A stretch of DNA of 64,000 nt from Octopus sinensis (Eukaryota). Positions 25,255 to 38,030 of the stretch are shown one piece after another. The notes under the pieces were generated by a model. It made no database searches. It was not told where the DNA came from and saw only the letters and a program-made list of their open reading frames with translations. The first letter of the stretch is position 1. Every line of letters begins with the position of its first letter. A program made the position numbers and the translations under genes. The stretch covers positions 157,232,001-157,296,000 of the forward strand of contig NC_042999.1 of assembly GCF_006345805.1 (NCBI RefSeq), written 5' to 3'.

Positions 25255-26330
25255 GTGGCATCCTTTTTGCGGGAGACAATGGAGTTGCGCATAAAATAGT
25301 CCAGTCCGGCTTTTACATTTCATGTCCTGATACATTCCTGCTGTGGCTGTGTAGTTCTATCCTGGACAAACACTCCCTCTGGCAGGTACCGCAGATGTAG
25401 CGAAGACTGTTCCTGGCTGGTTGTAGTGTCATAGCTTCTTGTTGATGTCTTTTCTTGTCTTTCCATTTCTCCTCCCTCTCTCTGTCACTCCTTTGTATTC
25501 CCTCTTTTACGGTACGTCGCCAATCTCCATGGTTGCCGGCAACTGCCCCCCAACCGCTAATATTGATGTTGCAGGCCTTCATGTCCCTTTTGCAAACATC
25601 CTTGTAACGTAAGAGCGGTCTACCCACAGACCTAGTACCCCTAGCAAGCTCTCCGTAGAGTATGTCCTTTGGGATTCTGCCATCTTCCATACGGCTAACA
25701 TGCCCAAGCCATCTCATACGTCTTTGTGTGAGGAGTGCAAACATGCTTGGTATTCCTGCTTGTTTGAGGACATCTTTGTTGGGGATATGATTCTGCCATT
25801 TGATGCGGAGGATTTTCCGGAGGCAGCACAGGTGAAAGATGTTTGGGCGACGCTCTTGGCATGTGTATAGCGTCCAAGTCTCACTTCCATACAGTAGAGT
25901 GCTAAGTACACATGCCTGGTAGATCTTCATTTTCATGGTCTTGGTCAGCTTATTGTTGTCCCATGCCCATTTGGAGAGTTGGGGCCATCGCAGCAGCTGC
26001 CTTGCCAATGTGTATATTGAGCTCAGCGTCAAGGGATAGGTTGTAGGTGAAGGTAGAGCCAAGATAGGTAAACTTCTCCACCTCCTGTAATCCAATATGT
26101 ATGTCTCCAATATGTATGTTTGGGATGTCCGATGTAGCCTGACCCATGATGTTGGTCTTCTTAAGGCTGATAGCTAAACCAAAGTCGTTACATGCTTGCT
26201 CAAAACAGTTAATGAGCCTTTGGAGGGCTTCTTCTCTGTGTGTTACCAGAGCTGCATCATCAGCAAATAGCATCTCCTTGATCAGGACGTTTCTGATTTT
26301 GGTCTTGATTGAACAGTTTCCCGTCACTTC
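25255..26330 (-). mobile_element. RTE-clade LINE, 3' part (RT motif C to C-terminal zinc finger)
   Basis: MLFADDAAL; FTYLGS; LLYGSETW; RWLGHVSRMEDGRIPKDILYGEL; CGTCQRECLSRIELHSH. Confidence 0.93.
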
Positions 26331-26399
26331 TACTGTGCAGAAACACTCCATCATCTGATGTCTGAAAGGCATGCTGGACACAAAGAGATCTATATAACG

Positions 26400-27186
26400 T
26401 ACTTGGTTTGTAAAAATGTATACGGAAACGTCCTTTATTATTGCCTTCCTGCCTTCTTTATCTTTGGCTTCTGTTTAATTTCATCTTTTTTTCTTCTCCA
26501 TGACCAGACATTGCTTTCATCAACATCACATTTTCTTCCGGTGGCCCTATTACCATGCTCTTCAGCATATGATATAACTTCAAGTTTAAACATAGCTGAA
26601 TAAGATCTACGAGGCATTTTATGGGCATGTAATGTATAAAACGTTTTACTGGAGATTAATGTACAGGTTTAAGTCCCACTTATAAAAAAAACCCTAGTAA
26701 AGACCCACAGTAGTTCAAACATTTAATACTGGTATTTAATTAACTAGCAGGATGAACTATTTAGCACTTAACTATTAAGCACAATTCATGCCTAATTAAG
26801 CCAGCAGCACCTAGTCGAACAAACACTTCCACGCATAAGTAATACAATTATGGTGATGTTCTTAACTGTTATATGGGAATGTAGATATATTTGCAAATTG
26901 TTTTTGTTACATGTTATTCTGTGTTCTGAATACTTTTATTTTAATAAATGTTGCTTACTGCAAGTTATGGATGATTCTTTTATGACTTCATTGCTTTCAG
27001 ACTTAGCTTAAGGTATTTTCGCGCCTGACATCACAAAATGCGTTTCAATAAACATTGCCAGACAGCAAATAGAGACTCTGACATTGCTGACAAAATATTT
27101 TACATTTCTAACCTTGTATATAATACGCACTAGGGATTTTGACCTTTAAATTTAGGGGAAAAAGTGCAGATTATACTCGAGAATTT

Positions 27187-27191
<5 letters not shown>
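26400..27191 (-). mobile_element. pogo-like transposon 5' part (Brinker-type DNA-binding domain) with TIR
   Basis: About 26610-26450 on minus reads RRSYSAMFKLEVISYAEEHGNRATGRKCDVDESNVWSWRRKK. TIR at 27119-27191; a second TIR copy at 27242-27313. Confidence 0.8.
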
Positions 27192-27245
<54 letters not shown>

Positions 27246-27547
27246 GTAAATCCTCGAGTATAATCCGCACTTTTCCCCAAAATTTAAAGGTCAAAATCCC
27301 AGTGCGTATTATATATTATATATATATATGTATATATATGTATTATATATGTATGTATTAATATAATATATATGTATATATATATATGTATATATATAAA
27401 TGTATACAATATATATGTTGTATATATGTATATATATAAATGTATATATATGTGTTTATATAATATATATATACAACATATAAACATATATATGCATATA
27501 AATATAATTATATATATATAATATAATATATATATATATATATATAT

Positions 27548-27748
27548 CTTCAGAGATATAAAAATGTGAATTTGCATAATTATCGAATGGTAGATTTTTT
27601 AAAATAAGAAGTAACATAGGAAAATGGTGTGTTGTTTGAAATATAATTTATATTATATATTACTTCATATTTTCCCTAAATTACTTCATATTTTTAAAAA
27701 ACTGCCATTTGATAAATTATACAAATTTCACAATTTATATATCTGAAG
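27548..27748. repeat. AT-rich imperfect foldback with arms of about 60 bp
   Basis: CTTCAGAGATATAAAAATGTGAATTTG pairs with CAAATTTCACAATTTATATATCTGAAG. Confidence 0.6.
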
Positions 27749-27864
27749 AGCAGAAGAGTTGCCTATAAATGCTTATCGTAAGATGTTTTAAAAACTAAAT
27801 TCGAAATTTCTAATATGTCATTATTATATATTTATGCTTATACATATTTACATATATTTATATA

Positions 27865-28152
27865 TACTCTTTACTCTTTTACTCTTTTACTTGTTTCAGT
27901 CATTTGACTGCGGCCTTGCTGGAGACCCGCCTTTAGTCGAGCAACTCGACCCCGGGACTTATTCTTCTTGTAAGCCGAGTACTTATTCTATCGGTCTCTT
28001 TTTGCCGAACCGCTAAGTGACGGAGGGACGTAAACACACCAGCATGGTTGTCAAGCAATGCTAGGGGAACAAATATAGACACACAAACACACACACATAC
28101 TATATATATACATATATATGACAGACTTCTTTCAGTTTCCGTCTACCAATAT

Positions 28153-28183
<31 letters not shown>

Positions 28184-28282
28184 GTAGATATATATATGCA
28201 TGTATATATATATATATATACATATATACTATATACATATAGAATAAACATATATTATATACATATATATATATAAAATATG

Positions 28283-28347
<65 letters not shown>

Positions 28348-28800
28348 CTATATATCTTTTACTTGTTTCAGTCATTTGACTGCAGCCATGCTGGAGCACC
28401 ACCTTTAGTCGAGCAAATCGACCCCGGGACTTATTCTTTGTAAGCCCAGTACTTATTCTATCGGTCTCTTTTGCCAAACCGCTAAGTTATGGGGATGTAA
28501 ACACACCAGCATCGGTTGTCAAGCAATGCTAGGGGAACAAACACAGATACACAAACACACACACACATACATATATATATGTTAGTTAGTTAGTTAGTTA
28601 ATTTGGCTCAAAAGCAAATAGCAAGGCCACATATATACCTCAGGCTTCTTTCAGTTTCCATCTACCAAATCCACTCACAAGGCATTGGTCGGCCTGAGGC
28701 TATAGCAGAAGACACTTGCCCAAGATGCCACGCAGTGGGACTGAACCCGGAACCATGTGGTTGGTAAGCAAGCTACTTAGCACACAGCCACTCCTGCGCC
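27865..28800 (-). mobile_element. Two tandem SINE A copies (27865-28145 headless; 28336-28800 complete)
   Basis: Match to 1722-2135. Confidence 0.88.
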
Positions 28801-29479
28801 AACATATACATATTGACTATAACTGTGATTAGGTTATTCGTGAGTTTATTATGTCTTTTAAAGCCATATTATATCTGAATAGATAAACACATTTTCTATC
28901 TATTTTTACCTTAAAAATTAATATTTAACATTATAATTGGATTATATGACATAATCCTAATTGTTAAAGTTTCTAGTTTGATAATAGAATTTTTTATAAG
29001 AAAAATTATTATTTTATTTATTTCTTAAAAAAATATTGTTTAAATATATTTGATTATTTATTTAACTATTATCATTAACCTGAAGATTGACTAAAACATA
29101 ATTCGAATTTTTAATTGAATTTAAATTATTGTAATTTGAATTAGGTTATGGCCATGAAACATACATAGTGGTTTTACTTATTATCTTATATTAAACTTTT
29201 TAATACTTTTTGATAGTATATATATTTAAAAAAAAAAGATTAAAGTTTAAAAGTTAAAAAATTTATTAATTCAAAATTTAAAAAATATTTAAAAAATAAA
29301 AATATGTAAAAATTTATAAATATAAATTAAAAATTTTAATTTTTAATTCTATATTTTATATATTTGTATATTATATTAATTATTTTTATTTTTATGTTTT
29401 GATTTATGTTTTTCACTGTTTGATTTGCCTAATAGTGGTTTTATGTCTAATTTAATTTATATGTATGTATATATATATA

Positions 29480-29523
<44 letters not shown>

Positions 29524-29651
29524 GCATATATATAGTATATATATGTATGGTTACATATGTTTGTATATATATATATATGGATATATATGTATGTGTATAC
29601 ATATGTATGTAAATATATATATATGGATATATATGTATATATATATATATA

Positions 29652-29860
29652 GTTAATCCAAACATAGACAAGCAAGGAAAAAACAACAATGCGAGGACGT
29701 GGAATAAGTACAGTGTTTTTGGACACTCAGGAAAGGAAAGAAAAGAAAGAGGATTTCACGTTTCAAGCAAAGCTCTTCATCAGAAATATAGAAAAAGTCC
29801 AAAGAAGGGAAGACGGAGAAAGAAAATCGCCAACGATACACACGCGGTCACATATTGAAA
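29652..29860 (-). mobile_element. Repeat family C, copy 2 (hammerhead-like motif at 29753-29787)
   Basis: Homologous to 4251-4460. Confidence 0.75.
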
Positions 29861-29944
29861 TGACTAGAAGGGAATGGATGAAGAAAAAGTTCTTTCAAAG
29901 ACAGGAAAGTGCAAGAGAAGAAGGTATGTGTGTGTATGGGTATT

Positions 29945-30125
29945 TCGTCTGTCGTTATGTTCTGAGTTCAAATTCCGCCGAGGTCGACTTTGCCTTTCAT
30001 CCTTTCGGGGTCGATAAATTAAGAACCAGTTACACACTGGGGTTAATGTAATTGACTTAATACCTATGTCTGTCCTTGTTTGTCCCCTCTCTGCTTAGCC
30101 CCCTGTGGGTAATAAAGAAATAGGT
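29945..30125 (+). mobile_element. SINE family F, 5'-truncated
   Basis: Core GGTCGACTTTGCCTTTCATCCTTTCGGGGTCGATAAATTAAG, recurrent in the window. Confidence 0.85.
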
Positions 30126-30329
30126 ATGTGTGGGTATGTACATGCAAGCAGATCTGTGTGTGTGTGTGTGTGTGGTTGTAGCTCTTTATCTATGTGTGTG
30201 TTGGGCTTAGTGTCCTTTAAGGTCATAGGAAGAATTTATAGTAAGAATTTTGGTAGGAGTGGCTGCGTGTTGTGTGTCTACCTACACATGTGCTTAGGAG
30301 AATGGTCAGTAGAAGGTAGTGGCAGTTTA

Positions 30330-30960
30330 AAGTATGTGTGTGTGCGTGTATGTATATGTAGTATCTGTGTTCTCTTTGCAGTGTATGTGTGTGTATGTGT
30401 ATTCGCGTGGGGATGTGTGTGGGGAGTAATTGTACTATACTGTGTATGTGCTTGTATGCATATGTGTGTGTGTACATGTATGTATAATTGAGTGCTTGTA
30501 TGTATGTGTGTGCTGTGTGTGTATGGGAGGTATGTGTGTGTTCATTTGCATCCATGTGTATGTGTGCACGTGTGTATATATGTGTGTGCATGTGAGTGTA
30601 TGTGCATGTGTACATGTGTGTGTATGTGCACGTGTATTTTGTGTGTGTGCATGTACATGTGTGTGAACAAGGGGATGTTATAGGTGTGTATTTTTGTGTG
30701 TGTATGTGCATGTGTGTGTGCATGTACCTGTGTAGTTGTGTGTGCATGAATGTGTGTGTGTATGTGTGTATGCATGCATATATAGGTGTATATACGTGTA
30801 TGCATGGGGTTGTGAGTGTTAAGTATGCGTGCATGTGTGTGTGTGTGCATGTGTGTATGTGTCTATATGTGTATGAATATGTGTATGTGCGTGTATGCAT
30901 ATGTTGTGTGTGTATGTATATGTATGTGTATGTATGTGAATTTGTGTATGCATGTGTGCA
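30330..30960. repeat. Degenerate (TG/TA/CA) low-complexity tract
   Basis: Directly visible. Confidence 0.9.
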
Positions 30961-30984
30961 AGGGATGTGTGGGAGAAATATATA

Positions 30985-31382
30985 GGCACAGGAGTGGCTG
31001 TGTGATAAGTAGCTTGTTTATGAACCACATGGTTCCAGTTTCAGTCCCACTGTGTGGCACCTTAAGCAAGTGTCTTCTACTATAGCCTTGGGTCAACAAA
31101 AGCCTTGTGAGTGGATATGACAGACGGAAACTGAAGAAGCCCATCGTATATATGTATGTATATATATGTATGTGCATGTATAGGTTTGTGTGTCTGTGTT
31201 TGTCCCCCAACATTGCTTGACAAACGATGGTGGTGTTTTACATCCCTGTAACTTAGCAGTTCAGCAAAAGAAGACGATAAAATAAGTACTAGGCTTACAA
31301 AGAATAAGTCCTGGGGTCAATTTGCTTGACTAAAGGTGGTGCTCCAGCATGGCCACAGTCAAATGACTGAAACAAGTTAAAG
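30985..31382 (+). mobile_element. SINE family A
   Basis: Full-length match. Confidence 0.9.
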
Positions 31383-31431
31383 GGTGTATATATATATATA
31401 TATAAATATGTATATATATATATAAATATGT

Positions 31432-31960
31432 ATCATCATCATCATAATTTAATGTCCACTTTCCATGCTAGCATGGGTTAGACGATTTGACTGAGGACTG
31501 GCGAACCAGATGGTTGCACCAGGCTCCAATGTGATCTGGCAGAGTTTCTACAACTGGATGCCCTTCCTAACACCAACCAGTCCGAGAATGTAGTGGGTGC
31601 TTTTATGTGCCACAAGCACGAGGGCCAGTCTGGCGGTACTGGCAACATCCACGCTCAAAAAGCACCATCCGATCGTGGCCGTTGCCAGCCTCGGCTGGCC
31701 TCCGTGCCGGTGGCACGTAAAAAGCACCATCCGACCGTGGCCGTTTGCCAGACTTGTCTGGCACCTGTGCAGGTGGCACGTGAAAAGCACCCACTACACT
31801 CATGGAGTGGTTGGCGTTAGGAAGGGCATCCAGCCGTAGAAACACTGCCAGATCAGACTGGGCCTGGTGCAGCCTTCTGGCTTCCCAGACCCCAGTTGCA
31901 CCGTCCAACCCATGCCAGCATGGAAAGCGGACGCTAAACGATGATGATGATGATGATGAT
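31432..31960. mobile_element. Head-to-head pair of RTE-tailed retroposons
   Basis: (CAT)n tail on the left and (GAT)n tail on the right. 31432-31610 is the imperfect reverse complement of 31775-31960. Confidence 0.8.
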
Positions 31961-32212
31961 ATATATATATATATAAATTTAGGGTGAATACTTGATAAGT
32001 GTAAGCACCTGTATATGCCAGCTAGTAGCAGAGGTGAGAGGGTAAATGCATCAAATGAAATAAAAAACAGAACACAAAGGATGCCGCTGTACATGTGTTT
32101 CAAGCTTTATAAACAATCTGTTATTACATCAGTGTATAATCGACATAAAGGATGGTTTAAAGCTCTTTTCAGCCGCATGCAATTGTTATACCAAAGTTTT
32201 ACATCACATTAT

Positions 32213-32432
32213 GAAAGGTACATTTGGTATTACCCATAATGATAGGTATATCGAGTCTCAGAGAGAAAGTATGTTTGTAAACCTTCATATGTTGACTGGT
32301 GATACAATATGGACAGATTTTCGAAATCCAATGATACCCTACACACCTATTTGGTTATGAAGGTTTACAAACATACTTTCTCAGTGAGATTCGATATACC
32401 TATTATTATGGGTAATACCAAATGTACCTTTC
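32213..32432. repeat. Foldback/MITE with arms of about 77 bp
   Basis: 32213-32289 is the near-perfect reverse complement of 32356-32432. Confidence 0.85.
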
Positions 32433-32469
32433 GGATTTTTCAATGTGATTTTTCATAATGTGATAATCT

Positions 32470-32636
32470 CGTGCCGGTGGCACGTAAAAAGCACCATCCG
32501 ACCGTGGCCGTTTGCCAGCTCTGTCTGGCACCTGTGCGGGTGGCACGTAAAAAGCACCCACTACACACACGGAGTGGTTGGTGTTAGGAAGGGCATCCAG
32601 CCGTAGAAACACTGCCAGATCAGACTGGGCCTGGTG
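32470..32636 (+). mobile_element. RTE-tailed retroposon, cut by the assembly gap
   Basis: Matches 31705-31870. Confidence 0.8.
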
Positions 32637-32736
32637 NNNNNNNNNNNNNNNNNNNNNNNNNNNNNNNNNNNNNNNNNNNNNNNNNNNNNNNNNNNNNNNN
32701 NNNNNNNNNNNNNNNNNNNNNNNNNNNNNNNNNNNN
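32637..32736. other. Assembly gap (100 N)
   Basis: Directly visible. Confidence 1.
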
Positions 32737-32859
32737 TATTATTATATATATATATTATATATATATATATATATAATATAATAATATATATATGAATGTG
32801 TATATATATATATGCATAAATGTATATATATGTACATACATCTATATATGTATATATAA

Positions 32860-33808
32860 AGGAGGTAGCAGAGCGGAGGTCAAGAACTACAGACCTATTT
32901 CTCACCTCACACATCAGCCAAGGTCATGGAACAAATAGTCTTAAGGAAACTAATCGCCTTCCTTGAAGAAAATAACTTGCTACCTGACACCCAACATGGT
33001 TTCTGACCAGGAAGAAGCTGCCTAACTCAGCTCCTACAACACTACAAGTGGGTGCTGAAACAACTGTTCAATCACTCAAATGTGGAAGTGATATATCTCG
33101 ACTTTGCAAAGGCCTTTGATAAAGTCGATCATGGAATGATATGTCACAAACTGCGTGATCTTGGCATAGTTGGAAAATTGGGAGAATGGCTTCATGACTT
33201 TCTGAAGGATAGAAGTCAGGTGGTAGTAGCCAATGGGGCCACCTCCAATAACACGCAAATAGTGAGCGGTGTTCCGCAAGACACTGTTTTGGGACCACTG
33301 CTGTTCATAATGGCCCTCTCAGACATGCCCTCAGCCACGCAGAGAGCCACAATCACAAGTTATGTAGATGATACAAAAGTTTCACAGGTAATTCAGAACC
33401 CTGAAGACACTATGCACCTGCAATGTGAGCTGGACAAAATATACAAGTGGGCTGAAAAGAATAGCATGCAGTTCAATGCTGAAAAGTTTCAAGCTTTATG
33501 CTATCAGTATGCAAAACTAAATGCAATACCCAATAAATACACTGGACCTGGAGGGATTGCAATCCCAGAGGCACAATCAGTGCGAGACCTGCGTATTTAC
33601 ATGAGTAATGATGCAACCTTTCATGTGCATGTTGTTAAATTGGCAATGAAATGTATCGGCTGACCAGATGGATTCTTAGAGCTTTTAGAACAAGAGACCA
33701 GGAAACCATGATGCATACATCCTACAGTCCATTAATATCATTCGTGGCCTTGTGGAGTGTTTACACCCATATATGGCAATATAATGTATAATATATATAC
33801 ATATATAA

Positions 33809-33849
<41 letters not shown>

Positions 33850-34100
33850 TACATACATGTAGAAGGTTGAAAAGGAACACATGAGTTGATATATATGGTA
33901 GAAAATGCTAAAATAATTCTACAAAAAACACTTCAGCACTGGTCCCAGTCACCGAGCCCCCTCCCACCCAACTGCAAGTATGGAAAACAGCCAAACCCTG
34001 GAAAAATCAAACGAAAAGCCTTTCAAAAGAACACCTGCACAGTATTCAAATACAAGGGGTACCTTCCCTCCTTCTGCTCGTCTCTGTCTCTCTTGTTTAC
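32860..34100 (+). mobile_element. CR1-clade LINE reverse transcriptase fragment
   Basis: IYLDFAKAFDKVDH; SGVPQDTVLGPLLF; SYVDDTK (ORF 33052-33663). A further 3' piece at 33885-34100. Confidence 0.92.
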
Positions 34101-34115
34101 TCCCACAAGAGAATA

Positions 34116-34150
<35 letters not shown>

Positions 34151-34159
34151 TCTTTTTTT

Positions 34160-34537
34160 CACGTTGACTGTGGCCATGCTGGAGCACCACCTTTAATCAA
34201 GCAACTTGACCCCGGAACTTATTCTTTGTAAGCCCAGTACTTATTCAATCAGTCGCTTTTGCCGAACCGCTAAGTGATGGGGACATAAACACACCAGCAT
34301 CAGTTGTCAAGCAATGCTAGGGGTACAAACACGGACACAAACATACAGGCACATATATATATATACATATATACGACGGGCTTCTTTCAGTTTCTGTCTA
34401 CCAAATCCACTCACAAGGCATTGGTCGGCCCGAGGCTATAGCAGAAGACACTTGCCCAAGGTGCCACGCAGTGGGACTGAACCCAGAACCATGTGGTTGG
34501 TAAACAAGCTACTTACCACACAGCCACTCCTGCGCCT
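34160..34537 (-). mobile_element. SINE family A
   Basis: Near full-length match. Confidence 0.88.
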
Positions 34538-34648
34538 ACAATATATATATACATAATATTATTATGTATATGGTATATATATATATATAGATATATACAC
34601 ATATACATAATATATATTATATATATATATATATATACATAATATATA

Positions 34649-34684
<36 letters not shown>

Positions 34685-35109
34685 CTATATATATATATAT
34701 ATATACCCACATATATATATTATGTATGTGTATATGTATATATATAACGTACATAATATATATATATATTATGTACGTATATATATATAATATATGTATA
34801 TATTAGTTGTTGGACCGGACTTTGCTTGTCTTTTTTAAGCCGACCTCTGACCTTGCTTTGAAATCTTTTACATTCCCCATACCAACTATTACCCATTAAG
34901 ATGCTATATTTAGTTCAGCCGGGATTTTCCCGTTTAACGCCTTTCACATATTCCTACATACTGAACAGTCTCAAATTCCCAGTCAAATGTTTGGGTGTAC
35001 GTCGACCCGTTGAGAGTGGTGTTTGTTTATTTATCTTCCCTTAATGCCACCCTCTGTGCAAAATTTATTTGAAGAAAATATTAAGGTTATGTCGTAAAAT
35101 AGAATCTAT

Positions 35110-35219
35110 GGGACCATTTACATGAAAATTTTGTATATATATGTATATATATATGTATATATATGTATGTGTATATATATAGTGCATATATATGTATGTA
35201 TGTATATATATATATATAT

Positions 35220-35251
<32 letters not shown>

Positions 35252-35379
35252 GATATACATATATGTGTGTGTATATACATATACATGTATGTATATATAG
35301 ATAGGTATCTATATATGTATGTATATATATATTTACATGTATGTGTATATATGTATGTATATATATATATTAATATGTG

Positions 35380-35420
<41 letters not shown>

Positions 35421-35613
35421 GTATGTATGTATATATATATATGTATATGTATGTACATATATATATGTATATATGTAGGTATATATATATGCATGTATCT
35501 GTGTGTATATATATGTATATACATATGTATGTATAATACATAGATGTACGTATATATATGTGCATATATATGTCTGTGTGTATATATATAAAGATGTATA
35601 TATATGTGTATAT

Positions 35614-35664
<51 letters not shown>

Positions 35665-35755
35665 ATATGTATACATAAATAAATATGTATATATATATGT
35701 AAATATATAGAAATATGTATATATAACATGTATACATATGAATATACATATATAA
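35110..35755. repeat. (TA/TG)n compound microsatellite
   Basis: Directly visible. Confidence 0.95.
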
Positions 35756-36007
35756 ATTGACAGAACAAGATGAAAAAAAACCAAGGCAGTAAATAGATTT
35801 TGTAACATTTATCAAGAAAAGTTCTTTCAGCTGTTTCCATGATATTTTATATATCCCTTCATCAAAGATGGTGTGTAAAAATGTTTGAGCATTAATTATT
35901 GCAGAGAAGGTATGTAATACAGTGTGAAGTAAGAGAATGAGCATAGAAGTGAATATCTCGGAAACAGCTGTAAGGCATTCTCTTGATAAATGTTATGCAA
36001 TCTATTA

Positions 36008-36230
36008 GGGCGGCGAGCTGGCAGAAACGTTAGCATGCCGGGCGAAATGCGTAGCCGTATTTTGTCTGCCGCTACGTTCTGAGTTCAAATTCTGCCGAGG
36101 TCAACTTAGCCTTTCATCCTTTCGGGGTCGATAAATTAAGTACCAACTACACACTGGGGTCGATGTAATCGACTTAAGCCGTCCTTGTTTGTCCTCTCTG
36201 TGTTTAGCCCCTTGTGGGTAGTAAAGAAAC
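36008..36230 (+). mobile_element. SINE family F, full-length
   Basis: Head GGCGGCGAGCTGGCAGAAACGTTAGC, GAGTTCAAATTC B-box-like motif, F core. Confidence 0.88.
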
Positions 36231-36451
36231 AGTTATGCAATCTATTTACTGCCTTAGTTTTTTTTATCTCATTCTGTCAATTTTTATATATGCATGCTAG
36301 TATATAACCCACGTTGGACTCCTCGCTCGTATCATTATTGAACCTGGGGCTTAACCATTGTCTATACGTAGTACTTACTTAGTATTTACCCGATACTTTT
36401 GGGGTTTTCCTGACCCCCATACCTTTCATACCCTTGATATATATTAATATA

Positions 36452-37055
36452 TCTCTTTACTCTTTTACTTGTTTCAGTCATTTGACTGTGGCCATGCTGG
36501 AGCACCACCTTTAGTCAACCAAATTGACCCCAGGACTTATTCATTGTAAGCCTGGCACTTATTCTATCAGTCTCTTTTGCCGAACCGCTAAGTTACGGGG
36601 ACATAAACACACCAGCATCAGTTGTCAAGCGATGTTGGGAGGACAAATACAGACACACAAACATATACACACACACACAAACATATACACACACACACAA
36701 ACATATACACACACACACAAACATATACACACACACACAAACATATACACACACACACAAACATATACACACACACACAAACATATACACACACATGTGA
36801 CCACATGTGTACCGTTGGCAATTTTTTTTTTTTTTTCCTCTGTCTTCCCTTCTCTGGATCTTTCCTTCTCCTATGTTTCCGACGAAGAGCTTCGCTCAAA
36901 ACGTTAAACCCTCCTTCTTTCCTGAGCGTCCAATAATACTATTTTTGTTCCACGTCCTCGCATTGTTGTGTTTTTTTGTGCTTTCTTGTTTGGATTAACC
37001 TTATATATATATATATACTGATAATTTCTTTTAAAGATTTTATCCTCAATTGTTA

Positions 37056-37092
<37 letters not shown>

Positions 37093-37250
37093 TACGACGG
37101 GCTTCTTTCAGTTTCCGTCTACCAAGTCCACTCACAAGGCATTGGTCGGCCCGGGGCTATAGCAGAAGACACTTGCCCAAGATGCCACGCAGTGGGAATG
37201 AACCCGGAACCATGTGGTTGGTAAGCAAGCTCTTACCACACAGCCAATCC
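36452..37250 (-). mobile_element. SINE family A split by a 20-bp tandem repeat (36655-36795) and repeat family C
   Basis: Tail 36452-36660 and head 37093-37250. (ACATATACACACACACACAA)n about 6-7 copies. Confidence 0.82.
36806..37002 (+). mobile_element. Repeat family C, copy 3 (hammerhead-like motif at 36875-36909)
   Basis: Homologous to 4251-4460. Confidence 0.75.
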
Positions 37251-37400
37251 TACGAATATATATCAATCTTATTTTATTATTTCGTTTTTGGATTTGGTTT
37301 GCAAGATTCTTTATATGAGTTCGTGTGTCGAAGTATATACTGTTGTGTCTGGGGAGAGTCATTCTCTTTTGGTGCCTTATAATTTAACACACCCACCGGT

Positions 37401-38030
37401 AAAATTTCCTCTTATTTCCTTCTATATTTTACTAAAATTTCCTCTTATTTCCTTCTATATTTTACTAAAATTTCCTCTTATTTCCTTCTATATTTTACTA
37501 AAATTTCCTCTTATTTCCTTCTATATTTTACTAAAATTTCCTCTTATTTCCTTCTATATTTTACTAAAATTTCCTCTTATTTCCTTCTATATTTTACTAA
37601 AATTTCCTCTTATTTCCTTCTATATTTTACTAAAATTTCCTCTTATTTCCTTCTATATTTTACTAAAATTTCCTCTTATTTCCTTCTATATTTTACTAAA
37701 ATTTCCTCTTATTCCTTCTATATTTTACTAAAATTTCCTCTTATTTCCTTCTATATTTTACTAAAATTTCCTCTTATTTCCTTCTATATTTTACTAAAAT
37801 TTCCTCTTATTCCTTCTATAATTTACTAAAATTTCCTCTTATTTCCTTCTATATTTTACTAAAATTTCCTCTTATTTCCTTCTATATTTTACTAAAATTT
37901 CCTCTTATTTCCTTCTATATTTTACTAAAATTTCCTCTTATTTCCTTCTATATTTTACTAAAATTTCCTCTTATTTCCTTCTATATTTTACTAAAATTTC
38001 CTCTTATTTCCTTCTATATTTTACTAAAAT
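37401..38030. repeat. 33-bp minisatellite, about 19 near-identical copies
   Basis: Unit AAAATTTCCTCTTATTTCCTTCTATATTTTACT, with no spacers. Confidence 0.97.

Noticed and set aside
28810-29200. Frame of about 120 codons open under the ciliate code, or a possible NUMT
   Set aside because: With only TGA as stop, such a frame is expected by chance in AT-rich DNA; no recognisable mitochondrial rRNA, tRNA or protein motif.
37401-38030. CRISPR-like 33-bp periodicity
   Set aside because: No spacers; a pure tandem repeat in eukaryotic DNA.
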